Positions 38,516 to 49,508 of a stretch of 64,000 bases of DNA are shown here, piece after piece. How positions within the stretch are numbered: position 1 is the first letter of the stretch; each line of letters begins with the position of its first letter. Location: the NCBI GenBank assembly GCA_023205875.1, contig CP060759.1, positions 1 to 64,000 on the forward strand, written 5' to 3'. The notes below the pieces were generated by a model that did no database searches, was not told the DNA's origin, and worked only from the letters and a program-made list of their open reading frames with translations. A program made the translations under genes and the position numbers. The DNA is from Chloropicon primus. Taxonomy: Eukaryota.

Positions 38516-39844
38516 ATGGGTTGTGGTTCTTCGGCACCTGCAGTGGACGAGGACCAGATGTCCCTGACGTGGTTCTCCAAGGAGCGCGTGATAGGGAAGG
38601 GAGGGTTCGGGAAGGTGAACGCGGTGAGGAAGGTTGTGGGCAGCGACAAGGATTGCTGGTACGCCATGAAAACGATAGCGAAACTTGAGACGGTGACTAA
38701 GGGCTCGAGCGCGCTCGCTCAGGTGGAGAACGAGCTCCGTCTTTTGCGGGACTTGACCCACAGCCGGCTGATCCAGCTGCACTACGCGTTCCACGACGAG
38801 ACGAAGCTTTACATGGTGACCGATATCTGCTTGGGCGGGGACTTGCGGTACCACCTGCACTACACGAAGAAGAAGACGAACCCTTGCGTGGACATGTCCA
38901 AGGGAAAGAGGTGGTTCTCGGAGAAGACGGTGAGGTATTACATCGCGCAGATACTCTTGGGCCTCAAGTACCTTCACGGCCAAAAGATCATCCACAGGGA
39001 CCTGAAACCGGAGAACGTGGTGCTGGACGAGAACGGCCAGGCCAAGATCATTGACTTTGGCATCGCCAAGGACATCTCGGACAAGGACTTTTGCGATGCG
39101 CGCAGCGGTACAGGCGTGTACCAGGCGCCGGAGATTGCCCTCAAGGGGCACAAGCACTCGTACGCCTCCGATTTTTATAGCTTGGGCGTCCTGGTCTACG
39201 AGTTTCTCGTGGGGTTCAACCCCTTCTTGTCACACGCCAACTCCAAGGCCCTTTACGAGGTGAAGAAGACCTTTGTGGAGAAGGAGATCGCCAAGGCGAA
39301 CGGCCTGATGAACGTCAGCGTGCACTGCCTCGACCTCATCAAAGGCCTGCTGCAGGTGGACCCGGAGAAGAGGCTCGGCTTCTTCGGGATCGATGAGATT
39401 ATGAAGCACCCTTGGTTCAAGTCCGTCGACTGGGACGCGCTGGAGAACGGGGAGTGCGACGCCCCCTTCGTGCCCGAGTGCAAGACCAGTAACTTTGCTT
39501 CGGGCCAGGAGGACCTCATTGAGACCTTCTTCCCGGAGGACAAGTCAGCAGTGAAGAAGGAGATCGAGCAGCTTGAGGAGCACCAGGACAAGTTTAGCTT
39601 CTTCAGCTACAACAAGTTGCAGGACCCCAATGCGAAGAGGAAGAAGGGGAACAGCGTGGTCAGCAACGCCTCGTCGCTCGGAGACAATGGAGACTTGTCA
39701 GCCTTAGAGACACACACAATTTTGCCGGGCACGCCGTCCACGTCTCCAGGGCCAGGCCGAAGGGGCTCGAGGAGGGACCCCGCGGACTCCATGTTCACGG
39801 AGCCAAGGTCGTCCGTGATCGACCCCTCGACGGCACCGGCCTAG
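38516..39844 (+). CDS. AGC-group Ser/Thr protein kinase (STK32/YANK-like), N-acylated
   Basis: MGCGSS start; GKGGFGKV, YAMK, HRDLKPEN, DFG, APE; AGC C-tail APFVP. Confidence 0.92.
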   Translation: MGCGSSAPAVDEDQMSLTWFSKERVIGKGGFGKVNAVRKVVGSDKDCWYAMKTIAKLETVTKGSSALAQVENELRLLRDLTHSRLIQLHYAFHDETKLYMVTDICLGGDLRYHLHYTKKKTNPCVDMSKGKRWFSEKTVRYYIAQILLGLKYLHGQKIIHRDLKPENVVLDENGQAKIIDFGIAKDISDKDFCDARSGTGVYQAPEIALKGHKHSYASDFYSLGVLVYEFLVGFNPFLSHANSKALYEVKKTFVEKEIAKANGLMNVSVHCLDLIKGLLQVDPEKRLGFFGIDEIMKHPWFKSVDWDALENGECDAPFVPECKTSNFASGQEDLIETFFPEDKSAVKKEIEQLEEHQDKFSFFSYNKLQDPNAKRKKGNSVVSNASSLGDNGDLSALETHTILPGTPSTSPGPGRRGSRRDPADSMFTEPRSSVIDPSTAPA

Positions 39845-40006
39845 TCGGTCCACCAAGTGATTCTGTACCAATACAAGCTAGAGGAAGAGAGAGAACTGAG
39901 CATACATGGCTTTGTTGCGCAGTCGGGGAGAGGGATAGGGCAGTTCGCCAAAATCGCATTCATCATAAATTATTATCTATCATTGCATCATATGTAACAA
40001 TCATTA

Positions 40007-41524
40007 TTAATAGAGCTGGAAGCCTTCGATCTCCGTCGACAGGCCGTTGTAGTCCTTCTCCGGCTGGGGCTCCTCCGCCAGGGACACGAGCGACGTGGTG
40101 GGGTGCTTGGTCGCCAAAGCCTCCAGGCGGCCGTACAGGTCGTTGAAGTCCTCCTTGGTCCTGCAGTAGAAACCCAGCGCAAGGGAGGGGTCGAGCTTTC
40201 CGCAAAGCATGTGGTGGATGGCGTCGCAAAAGTAGGAGTCCGCGATGTCCTCCCCTTCTCCTTGGGCGTCCGTGGTGCCCTGACCCTTCCCGCCCTCCGA
40301 GTAGCAGGGCTTGAGCGTGTGCGGGTCCAAGTACAGTATCCTGTCCGACTGCCTTCCTATGACGTACACGGAGGAGCCTGGCTTTCCCCCGATTATCCCC
40401 ACGCTCTGAGGCATGGACAGCACCGTCAGGATCTGGGGCACGTAGCAAGGGTTGATGCTCGGCGTCACGCCCAAGGTCACGGGGATCAAGGTCAGCAGGG
40501 GCTTCCACGGACTAGGCCCAGCCGCCTCGTACCCCCTGCTCCTGTACAGGGTTGGGATGCCGCCCGCCTCCGCGACGAGGTGCATCGCGATCGGGGCCTC
40601 GAGAAATTCCGCTGCACGCGAGTTCCCGCCCTTGTTGAAGATCTTGTTGAAGGTCTGGCAAAGAACGTACGGACCGACCCAGTGGCCGGGCACGATCCCA
40701 AAAGAGGCGCCCTCCCTCACGATGTTGTGGATCGAAAGCGAGTGCTTTGGCGAAGGAGAGTCGAAGAACATGGACAGGACGTCCGTTTCCTTGACCTTGG
40801 AGAGCCGGCCTGCACCGACCACTTTGTCTTCCGCCCCACTCCTCCTCCACCTCCTTCCCTTGAAGTGGACGAACAGGCAGTTCAAGAGAAGCATCTGGCC
40901 ACTCCTTATGGTGCACCCCCAGCCCGCATCGGTGGTCAGGAGTGACGGTCCGAGGGGGGAAAACCCGCTGTGTTTGTTTGTTTGTTCGTATCGTGCAAAG
41001 CAGGACGTGAAACGAAACGTTTTTGGTGGTGTGTCAGTCGATGGTGCTGCGTGGCTGCGTGTGGATTGTGTGATGTCGCTGCAGGGGTCGCTTGCTTTGG
41101 GGGGGGGGGTAAGAAAAGCATTTGTGTTGTGGCGCAGACTTTTTCCCTCGTTACGTTACCTTCTGTACGTCACCCAGGCCCTGCTCGCCATGTCCTCCGC
41201 GAATCGCTCTGTCCTCTGCCTGACTTCCTCCTCGTCCTCCGTCTCGCTCTCGCCCTTCCTCAAGCTCTCGTACCGCTCCCCGAGGAGAAAGAGGGGCTCC
41301 ACGGTCTCTGGCAGCGTGGAAACCCCGCTCACGATGGCCCGAAGCCTCTGGAGCCCGAACGTCTCGACGAGAGAGTACCACGTGTGCGAGAGGTTCAGCC
41401 TCGTCCTCTCCGTTAAGCTCAAGCTCCGTTGCACGACTCCGACTCCTCCTTGGCTCGTCCCCACTTCCGAAGCGGAGGAGCCATGGTCCCCCCTCTCCGT
41501 CGCCAAGTAACGCGCCCAGTCCAT
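40007..41524 (-). CDS. ATG4: Autophagy cysteine protease ATG4; intron 40968-41159
   Basis: WVTYR-SGF...TDAGWGCTIRSGQMLL, QSVGIIGGKP, YLDPH, LDPSLALGFYC. Confidence 0.93.
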
Positions 41525-42009
41525 CCCCACAAAAACAAAAACAACAGAAACAACAACAACAACAACAACAACAAGGGTGTGCCCTGTCTCTGTCTTTCCT
41601 GAACCTCGAGCCTGCACGTGAACCTCTTCCCGTCCGTCTCCCCTCCTCGTGTCGTGCGTTGCGTCGTGCGTTGCGTCGTGCGTTGCGTCGTGCGTTGCGT
41701 CTCCCCCTCCTCGTCCCGGTCTCTTGTCCCTTGTCTCTGGTCTCTTGTCTCCTCCTCTTCGTCCTGTGCCTCGCCTCGTGGTCCGATGGGAGGAGAATCC
41801 CGCTCTGCCCAGAGCGGAGGCTTCAAGGGGCGCCAGAGGAGACAGGGCGGGGAACACCCTGGGGGGGGACAGAACACAAGAACAAGAACAAGGACCTGGA
41901 CGGCCTTGCCATCCATGGGACAAAACACAAACAAAAACAAAAACAAAACAAAAACAAAAACAACGCGAGACGGAACTTGACTTGACTTGACGGAGACCTC
42001 GGCCTCGAG

Positions 42010-42158
42010 CGTTATGAATATGGACGGCACCAGGGAGGCGCTAAACGTGGAGGGGAGGGTTTCGGCGGAGGTGGACCTCGATACCGTTATGAATATGGAC
42101 GGCACCAGGGAGGCGATGAATGTGGAGGGGAGGGTTTCGGCGGAGGTGGACCTCGATG
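42010..42158 (+). repeat. 75-bp tandem duplication at the start of the OATP CDS
   Basis: MNMDGTREA(L/M)NVEGRVSAEVDLD is encoded twice, with ATGs at 42014 and 42089. Confidence 0.92.
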
Positions 42159-43912
42159 TGGACGTGGGAGATTATGCGCCGGAAGGATTCGTCGAGAAGA
42201 GCTTGCATCCGAGGATAAGGCCTCTCTTGTCTCCGCCCGCGTTCACAGTCGTGGTGTGCCTGTTCGGGGTGCTCATGAGTGGAGTGACGACTGGTCTCTT
42301 CAGCTCCTCCGGGGGGAGTGTGCAGCGCAGTCTCGGACTGACGGCCACGGATTGGGGCCTCATCAGCACCTTGTTCGAGGTCTTCGCGGTCGGGTTCACG
42401 GTAATCACGGCGTACTATGGCGGGAGGAGCCATCTCCCCAGGTACTTGAGTTTGTGCCTGATGATCTTCTCATTGGGCTGTGTATTGTTCACTGCCCCCC
42501 ACTTCGCGTTCTACCGAGGGGCGGGGGCGAGGTTCAGCTCCTTTGACATCTGCAGCGTGACCAGCGTCTGTTCGGAGGGGCAAAACACCCAGAAAACCGC
42601 GACCTTGCTCGTGTTCCTCGCAGCTCAATTGTGCATCGCTCTGGGGTCCGCGCTCTGGATTTTGGGGCCGATCTACCTTGACAGACACGTGTGCCAGTCC
42701 TCCATGAACCTTTACCTTTCTTGCCTGTACGCCTCGGCAGCTCTAGGACCGGCGGTGGGTTTTTTGATGAACGGAGCTCTGCTCGATCGCTGGGTGAGCC
42801 CCTGGGAGGAAGCGCCGAGTTCCTTGACCCCGGACTCCCCGATCTGGACGGGGAACTGGTGGATCGGCTATCTCATCTTTGGCGCCGTTGGACTCGTTTG
42901 CGTCGTACCTTTGTCTCTCTTTCCTCGATACTTGCCAGGGACGGTGGAGGTTCGAAAAGCCAAGTTGAAGAGCCGGGAGCTTGTCATGGATCACGACGCG
43001 GATCAAAAGACGACCATGAATGTCGAGAGCAGCGCGAGGGACCAGGAGACCCCCAGGGGAGAGAAAGTGAGAAAGTTTGTCGCAAAGGATTTCAAGACTT
43101 TCTCAATGGCTTGCAAGGACATCTTGGGGAGCTTCATGCGTGTCTTTACGATGTTGGCACATGGGACGGAAAACTTCGCTGTGTCTGCCTTGTCCACTTT
43201 TCTCCCCCAGATTATCCAAGCCCAGTTTGGCATAACGCCCGGCCTCACCAGCATCATTTTCGGGGTCACGATCGTGATCGGCGCGGTTTCCGGAATAGCC
43301 TTCGGCGGCTGGTTCGTGAAGTGGAGGAATTACGATGGCGTCCAGACTGCGCGATTTTGCTTCATAATCGCTTGCGTCTCTCTTCCGCTGTCGTTCTCGT
43401 TCCTCCTGCTGGGATGTCCAGGAAACACGGTCTTTCCGGCGGAGGAGGACGATCTCATCCTGTTCGCGGAGGACCTGTGCGAGAGCCCTAACACATGCAG
43501 GAGGCGCCTCGCTTTATTTATCGTCCTCCTTTTTTTGCTGATGTTCACGACATTCAGCAACAACGTCCCTGGGAGTCAAGTGATCCTGCGATCGACGGAG
43601 CTGAAGGAGAGACCTCTTGCAATGGCCTTGAACTCAACGATAGCACGGTTGACCGGAAGCATCCCCGCACCGCTTCTGTTCGGCTTGGGACTGGACAGGC
43701 TGTGTCTCGTGCACTCCTCTGAGACGTGCAATGGCGGCACCTGCCTCCTGGCGGACAACACCAGGGTCAAGTACCTGGCCCTCATCGTCAGCTTCGTGTT
43801 CAAATCGGCGAGCGCGATCTTCCTTCTTCTTGCGTGGCGGTTCTACAAGAAGAATCAAGCGTGCAGGCAAATTGCCAGCACGTCGGACAGCAGCAACGCC
43901 CGCCTTTGCTGA
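42014..43912 (+). CDS. Organic anion transporting polypeptide (OATP/SLCO)-like MFS transporter
   Basis: YYGGRSHLPR, LGPIYLD, GPAVGF, PDSPIWTGNWWIG, FPRYLP, GSIPAPLLFG, C...CNGGTC. Confidence 0.85.
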   Translation: MNMDGTREALNVEGRVSAEVDLDTVMNMDGTREAMNVEGRVSAEVDLDVDVGDYAPEGFVEKSLHPRIRPLLSPPAFTVVVCLFGVLMSGVTTGLFSSSGGSVQRSLGLTATDWGLISTLFEVFAVGFTVITAYYGGRSHLPRYLSLCLMIFSLGCVLFTAPHFAFYRGAGARFSSFDICSVTSVCSEGQNTQKTATLLVFLAAQLCIALGSALWILGPIYLDRHVCQSSMNLYLSCLYASAALGPAVGFLMNGALLDRWVSPWEEAPSSLTPDSPIWTGNWWIGYLIFGAVGLVCVVPLSLFPRYLPGTVEVRKAKLKSRELVMDHDADQKTTMNVESSARDQETPRGEKVRKFVAKDFKTFSMACKDILGSFMRVFTMLAHGTENFAVSALSTFLPQIIQAQFGITPGLTSIIFGVTIVIGAVSGIAFGGWFVKWRNYDGVQTARFCFIIACVSLPLSFSFLLLGCPGNTVFPAEEDDLILFAEDLCESPNTCRRRLALFIVLLFLLMFTTFSNNVPGSQVILRSTELKERPLAMALNSTIARLTGSIPAPLLFGLGLDRLCLVHSSETCNGGTCLLADNTRVKYLALIVSFVFKSASAIFLLLAWRFYKKNQACRQIASTSDSSNARLC

Positions 43913-43988
43913 GCTTGGACACAAAGCGAACGCACCCTTCGTAAAAACAAATCTTTTGGAAAGTAATTATATCCGCTTAAAAGGAAAG

Positions 43989-45094
43989 TTACAACTCCCT
44001 GTCCATCCTCTCGCTCAGCTCCGTCATGAGCTCGTGGAACATGCTCAAGATGTCCTCGTCGTGGTAGTTCACCAGGTCGATCTTCTTCAAGACGGTGAGC
44101 GCATCGGCTGCCCGCATGCTCACGTTAGATCTCACCGCCGTGATGAGAAGGTGGAGGAAGTGGTGCTCCCCCGTCTCCAACAGGCAGGCCTTCTCCAAGG
44201 CGTTCACGGCCCTCTCTGGCTGATTGGAGAAGAGAGCACACTCCCCAATGATAGCGTAAGTGTGAGCGAGCTTCTTGTCCTGAAGGAGAGCCCGTTGCGC
44301 CCAATGCAAGCAAGTCTCGTACTCCTCCTTGTGCTTGTAAGTGTCCGCAAGGCCCAACAGGATCGGGTTGGAGTCCGGCTTGATCTGAAGCCCGTCCTGG
44401 AAGGTCAGCACGGCGTTCTCGAAGTCGCCCAAGCTCAAGTAGTAAGAACCGAGGGAAGCGTAAGTAATGTCGTCCTCTGGGTTCACCTCCAGTGCTCTCC
44501 TGTAGAAGTGAACGACGTCTCCCACCATCTTCGTGGTCTTTTCCCTCCTTCCCTGATTCCCGTGCATGCCGAACTCGTGCCTGATACGGTAGACGTCCGC
44601 CATGAGGTAAAGGGCCTCCGCATGGTCGTTGTCGATGTGGAGAAGCTCCGTGAGCTTCGCCTCCGCTCCGACGAAGTTGGCCATCGACAAGTGGAGCTCA
44701 CTTATGGCTAACATGGCCGCCGTGTCCTTGGGATTGTGCTTCAGGGCCTCCTCAAAGCAGATCATGGCAAGGGAAGGGTTGTTCTCCTCTCTTTTTCACG
44801 AGGATGAAACCAAACACACACACACAAGCGCTTGTCAGACAATACGAATTGAGGCACGACTGGTCGAATCCGCATCGTGAGAACCTCCGTGCCATCGGTG
44901 TCCCCCCGATCCGATCCCCCCTGACCCCGTCCGTCTTCTCGGGTGTTCCTGTCTTACCTCATTTCCCTCCCCTTGAGCACCTTGTGGTCGTCGTCCGCTG
45001 GACAAAGGTGCTCGTTGGACCCATCTTGTGCCTGTCCCAAGGACAGGTAGCACAGACACGCCACGAGAACGACGTTCCCAATGAATCCCTTCAT
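43989..45094 (-). CDS. Signal-peptide-bearing TPR protein; intron 44791-44957
   Basis: MKGFIGNVVLVACLCYLSLGQA signal; exon join GREMR-EENNPSLAM; multiple TPRs (FEEALKHNP, YRRALEVNP). Confidence 0.75.
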
Positions 45095-45653
45095 CCCTCC
45101 TTGGCCTTCCTTCCTCACTCCGCAACAAAAAGCCTTGGCCTCGGTTGGCGCCAAGGTCTAGGTCTGTCTATGAGGGCGAGGACTCCTCCCCTTTGCTGCT
45201 GCTGCTCCATCAACCAAACCAGGAGGAGGACAGCGAAGGAGGACAGCGAAGGAGGACAGCGAAGGGGAGGGCGAACACCAGGACGACGACGAGGAGGAGG
45301 AGGACCGTCAAGAGGGCTTCTTGGTGCGGTACCACGCGGGACGAGGAAGACGCTTGGTTGAGCCTGGAGCCACCTTTCCTTTGGTGCAGGGATCCCAAGG
45401 AAAACCGGGAAAGTGCAGGGACAGGAAGCCACACTTGTGAGCATTGTCTTGCTACAGTTCCTCAGAACTCGAGGAAGCGAGAGGGACTCGAACGAGGACG
45501 AACGGAGTGGGACCAGGGCTGGCGTCCGGAGTGAACGGGGGGGAGAGGACGACGCTCGTGGACCGATCTTGCCACCTTCCTCTGGTGCAGGGATCCCAAG
45601 GAAAGTCAGTCCATCGATCTCCGACTCGGTTAGGTTTGTGAGGCATTCGGAGG

Positions 45654-48020
45654 ATGGAGGAGGAGTACGACGAGTTCGTGGACCGCGTGGACGAGGTGAC
45701 TCGGCTGATCGAGGGTCTGAAGGATGGAAGCTTGCCCCCCGACTACGTGGACCACCGCGAGAGCGAGATCAACGACAGGGAACGCAAGAAGGCGGAGGAG
45801 AAGAAGAAGGCGGAGAAGGAGGAGGAGGAGTCCAGGTTCGACAAGCTGCCCAAGGAGAGGCAGGAGGAGCTCCTGAAGAAGGTGGAGGAGCTCCAACGGA
45901 ATAAAGAGAGGAAGGAGAAGCTCCGGGCGGCCTTCAACGCCCATGTGGAAGAGAAGAAGAATAAGGCGACTGTGCAGGGGACGGACTACCACGCTTGGGA
46001 CCTGTGGACCCCAAGCGACGAGGAGGACGAGCTCTACAACAACTTGACGCCGAACTCGCCAGAGTTCAAGGCCATGGAGAAGGACATCGATGAGAGGCAC
46101 GCTAAGCTGCTGAGGAGCAGGCAGTTCGCGGAGAGGCAGCGCGTCCTCGGCAACGATTACTTCAAAGGCAAGCAGTATGCAAAGGCTCTGCAGGTGTACG
46201 AGGAGGGAATAGCGTCGGAGAAGTCGAACATGGCTCTCAACGCGAACGCTGCTGCCGCTGCGCTCAAGCTGGGCTGCAACATCCAAGCGATCGAGCACTG
46301 CGACAAGGTCTTCAGCATTGCTGACTTTTGCTTCGAGAACAAGCCGTCGACGATTCCCATGCGGCTCAAAGCGTTTCAGAGGAGGGCGACCGCTCGCCTG
46401 GCTCTTCGCCACTTTCGGGAAGCCTTGGCCGATCTAGAGGAGGCCAAGAAGTTGGCGGGGGAGGGCGACGAGGAGGTCAGCCAGCAGATTCTCAAGGCCC
46501 AAAAGGCGTACGACGAGCACAAGATCGCGAAGAAGCTGAAGAAGGTGTTGGATGGAGACGACCTCAGCGAGTCTGGCGAGGCCGAGAAGCTGCGGGAGAT
46601 ATCGACTTTGTCCAAGGAAATGCACGCGGGGTCGGGCAAGAAGGCAGAGGCCTGCGACAAGCTCGCTGCGATTTTGGGAGACTTTGAGAACGGCAGGATA
46701 TTCTCCAGGGAATGCGGCGTGCTGAACAAGGTGCTTCAGCTGTACGTCGAGTCTGTCAAGGGGGCCTCGGGGCAGGGGACGGCGAGGAAGTCCGCCCTGG
46801 ATGCCATCAGGAGCGCCTGCTCGAACGACCAGAACGCGCAGTACGTCTGCGACTACCCGATGTTCCTGGACAAGTCCATCTCGAATTTTGTCAAGAACGA
46901 GCAGACGCTCGAGGAAGACTTTGCCTTCCTGGGCCTCCTTCACGCCTGCTCCATCGAGGCTGAGCCCAGGAAGAAGATCGCGGAGGAGATGATGAGGGCC
47001 GGCAGGGCTGGCGGCGGCGGCCAGGAGTCGGCGATCCTCAAGCTCTGCACGTTCATCAAGAAGGACACCAAGTCTTCCATCTTGCTCGCTTCTCTGCAGT
47101 TGCTCGGCAACCTTTGCCTGCACAACCCCTTCCGAAAGGCGCTGGTGGATTCGAGCGCGGAGACCTTGTGGCAGTTCGTGGAGAAGGCGCTGGAGATCAT
47201 CAGCGCCAAGGACCTCGTGGGCATTCACGAGGCCGTGGGATCCCTCTTGGGAAACCTTTGCAACAATCGCAGGGTCAGGCTGATGTTCGCGGAGCGAGAA
47301 TCGTCCCTGAAGAGCCTTTTGGACAACGCCAGGATGGCCAAGCTGAACAAAGCCTCCAAGGAGAGGTTTCCAAAGCTCCTGAACGTCATCAGCAACCTGG
47401 CCGTGGAGGAGGCCAACCAAGAGGCCCTCTGCAAGCTGGGCGGAGTCCTGCGACTGCTGGACCTGCTCGAGGCGCAGAGGGAGCACTCGAAGCAGATCGT
47501 TGGCTGCTTGGCGAGGCTGAGCAAGGTGCCCTCCGGAGCCAAGACCCTCGTTTCCAGCGGAAACATCTCCAAGCTCTTTGGCCGCGTCCGGGGCGGGAAC
47601 CAGCAGGGCGTCCCGCGGGAGGTTCTCGACCCCATGGTGAGGGTGGCCGCGAACGTGATCATGAAGTCCGGCGTGGAGGTCGAGACAGTGTCGGACTGCC
47701 TGTTCCCCCTCGGCTTCTATGCCCTGTGCAGGAGCGCCATAACAGATCCCGAGGCCAGCGACCTCGTCGTCGGCAACGCTGCTCTCTGCATTTCGGAGGT
47801 CGCGAAGAGCGAGGCGGTTCTCGCCAAGCTGGATGCCGAGGGGGCCATCGACCTCATCGAGCCCCTCACGAAAATTGCCCACAAGAGGCAGGGCGGAGCC
47901 CAAAAGAACGCCGCCATTGCCCTGGCCAGGCTCGCCAAGTGCGGCAAGGACGGCCGGTACATCGAGAAGCTCAGGGAGCACCACGCTTTCGAGATTATCG
48001 CAAAGTACGTGAAGCTCTGA
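45654..48020 (+). CDS. TPR + armadillo protein, TTC12-like
   Basis: EFVDRVDEVTRLIEGL N-terminus, MEKDIDER, GNDYFKGKQYAKA TPRs, ARM repeats ending KNAAIALARL. Confidence 0.8.
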   Translation: MEEEYDEFVDRVDEVTRLIEGLKDGSLPPDYVDHRESEINDRERKKAEEKKKAEKEEEESRFDKLPKERQEELLKKVEELQRNKERKEKLRAAFNAHVEEKKNKATVQGTDYHAWDLWTPSDEEDELYNNLTPNSPEFKAMEKDIDERHAKLLRSRQFAERQRVLGNDYFKGKQYAKALQVYEEGIASEKSNMALNANAAAAALKLGCNIQAIEHCDKVFSIADFCFENKPSTIPMRLKAFQRRATARLALRHFREALADLEEAKKLAGEGDEEVSQQILKAQKAYDEHKIAKKLKKVLDGDDLSESGEAEKLREISTLSKEMHAGSGKKAEACDKLAAILGDFENGRIFSRECGVLNKVLQLYVESVKGASGQGTARKSALDAIRSACSNDQNAQYVCDYPMFLDKSISNFVKNEQTLEEDFAFLGLLHACSIEAEPRKKIAEEMMRAGRAGGGGQESAILKLCTFIKKDTKSSILLASLQLLGNLCLHNPFRKALVDSSAETLWQFVEKALEIISAKDLVGIHEAVGSLLGNLCNNRRVRLMFAERESSLKSLLDNARMAKLNKASKERFPKLLNVISNLAVEEANQEALCKLGGVLRLLDLLEAQREHSKQIVGCLARLSKVPSGAKTLVSSGNISKLFGRVRGGNQQGVPREVLDPMVRVAANVIMKSGVEVETVSDCLFPLGFYALCRSAITDPEASDLVVGNAALCISEVAKSEAVLAKLDAEGAIDLIEPLTKIAHKRQGGAQKNAAIALARLAKCGKDGRYIEKLREHHAFEIIAKYVKL

Positions 48021-48396
48021 ATGGAGACCGCGATCGCGATCGGATGTGGATGTTGCGGTATGTATACAAAAATTGTTATACGATGTACCCCAAAGAGAAC
48101 TGGGACCTCCCTCCTCGTCATCATCATCATCATTGCCCCCGACGACACGAGACCTCCGCGTACGTTCCATAGAAAGCAAGCGGCCGATCCATCCATTTGT
48201 TGAAAGAATCGAAAGCATGGGAGAGAGCAGCATCAGCAAGCAAGCAAGTCCCTCCCTCCTATCCCCCTCCTCCAGGACAAAGACAAAGATCTCAAGAGCG
48301 CAAGATCTCAAGATCCCGTGGCCGTCCATCTCACACTCGTGGCGCGCATGAGGGGAAGCAAGAGGGAGAGGGAGGGAGACGAGTGTTAGGGAGAGA

Positions 48397-49320
48397 ATGG
48401 AGGGAAGGGGGTTGGCGAGGACGAGGGGATGCTGCAGGTGGTGCGCGAACGAGTCCCGCGAGACTCCGAGGACAAGGGCGCGGAGGAGGAGCGGAAGGCG
48501 AACTTTGTCTACCGTGACGTGTAGAGCCAGCAGTGGTCGTGGTGGCAAGAAGGCGAGGGAGGGGGAGGCGAACGGGGGAGGCCTCTCGCCGAACTTGGAG
48601 ATGGCGGTGCCGAAGGAGCAGAGGCCCGTGAACGAGCTCAACGCTCTGAGGGAGGGGCCGATATCCGGCTGGGCGGGGCTCGACCTTCCGAGCTTCGTGC
48701 AGAGGCTCGGAGCCGTTTGGATTGTGGGGTTCGTGTTCAGCTGCCCCGTCGCCGCGGGATCCTACGAGCCGTCCAGGGACACGCCGGAGTTCTTGCTGAG
48801 CGCCGGCGTCGGCGCCACCCTCCTCCAGACGGCCCTGGTGGTCCGCCTGTACACCTCGTGGAACTACGTCGCCAAGCGCTTGCTCAGCGCGGCGTTCGAG
48901 TACGAGGAGACCGGGTGGTACGACGGGCAGACCTTCCTCAAGCCCCCCGAGGTCCTGGCCAGGGACAGGCTTTTGGGAACCTACGAGGTGAAGCCCATCA
49001 TGGCCAAGCTGAAGCTTGTGACGTTCGGCACGGTGGGGGGTCTGCTCGCCTGCGTCCTCGCGCTCGGTCTCTTCGACACGATACAGGACACGTACGCCTC
49101 CCAGGCTCCGACCGCGAGGCTCACGCAGAACGGGATCCTGTACAACAGCTTCATCACGGACATCAACGTCCTGAAGGAGAGCGACGACGCCGCAGCTGCG
49201 GAGGCGGCTGCCCAGAAGGGGAGACCTGGTTATTGTGGAGACGAATACTACAGGGCCATGGCCGGAGGAAGCGCCGGCACGTGCGAAAAGCTCAAGTACA
49301 AGGGAGGTTCGGGCCCTTGA
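48397..49320 (+). CDS. CGLD27: Ycf36/CGLD27 (DUF1230) plastid protein
   Basis: VPKEQRPVNEL, RLYTSWNYVAKRL, YEETGWYDGQ, ARDRLLGTYEVKP. Confidence 0.88.
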   Translation: MEGRGLARTRGCCRWCANESRETPRTRARRRSGRRTLSTVTCRASSGRGGKKAREGEANGGGLSPNLEMAVPKEQRPVNELNALREGPISGWAGLDLPSFVQRLGAVWIVGFVFSCPVAAGSYEPSRDTPEFLLSAGVGATLLQTALVVRLYTSWNYVAKRLLSAAFEYEETGWYDGQTFLKPPEVLARDRLLGTYEVKPIMAKLKLVTFGTVGGLLACVLALGLFDTIQDTYASQAPTARLTQNGILYNSFITDINVLKESDDAAAAEAAAQKGRPGYCGDEYYRAMAGGSAGTCEKLKYKGGSGP

Positions 49321-49508
49321 AGGGGGGCGAGACGCCTCTCCGGCAGACGAGCGGGGAAAGTTTTGATTGTTGAGAGTTAGGGACTATGAAGGTCTTTCGT
49401 TGGGTGTGCGTGTGTGTGTGTCTTGATCGATCGCGTGAGTAAACACATTTGAGTAACACCCAAATTTTATGTTAAGGAGATTCTTCTTTCCCAACGTCGC
49501 CCTCGTGA

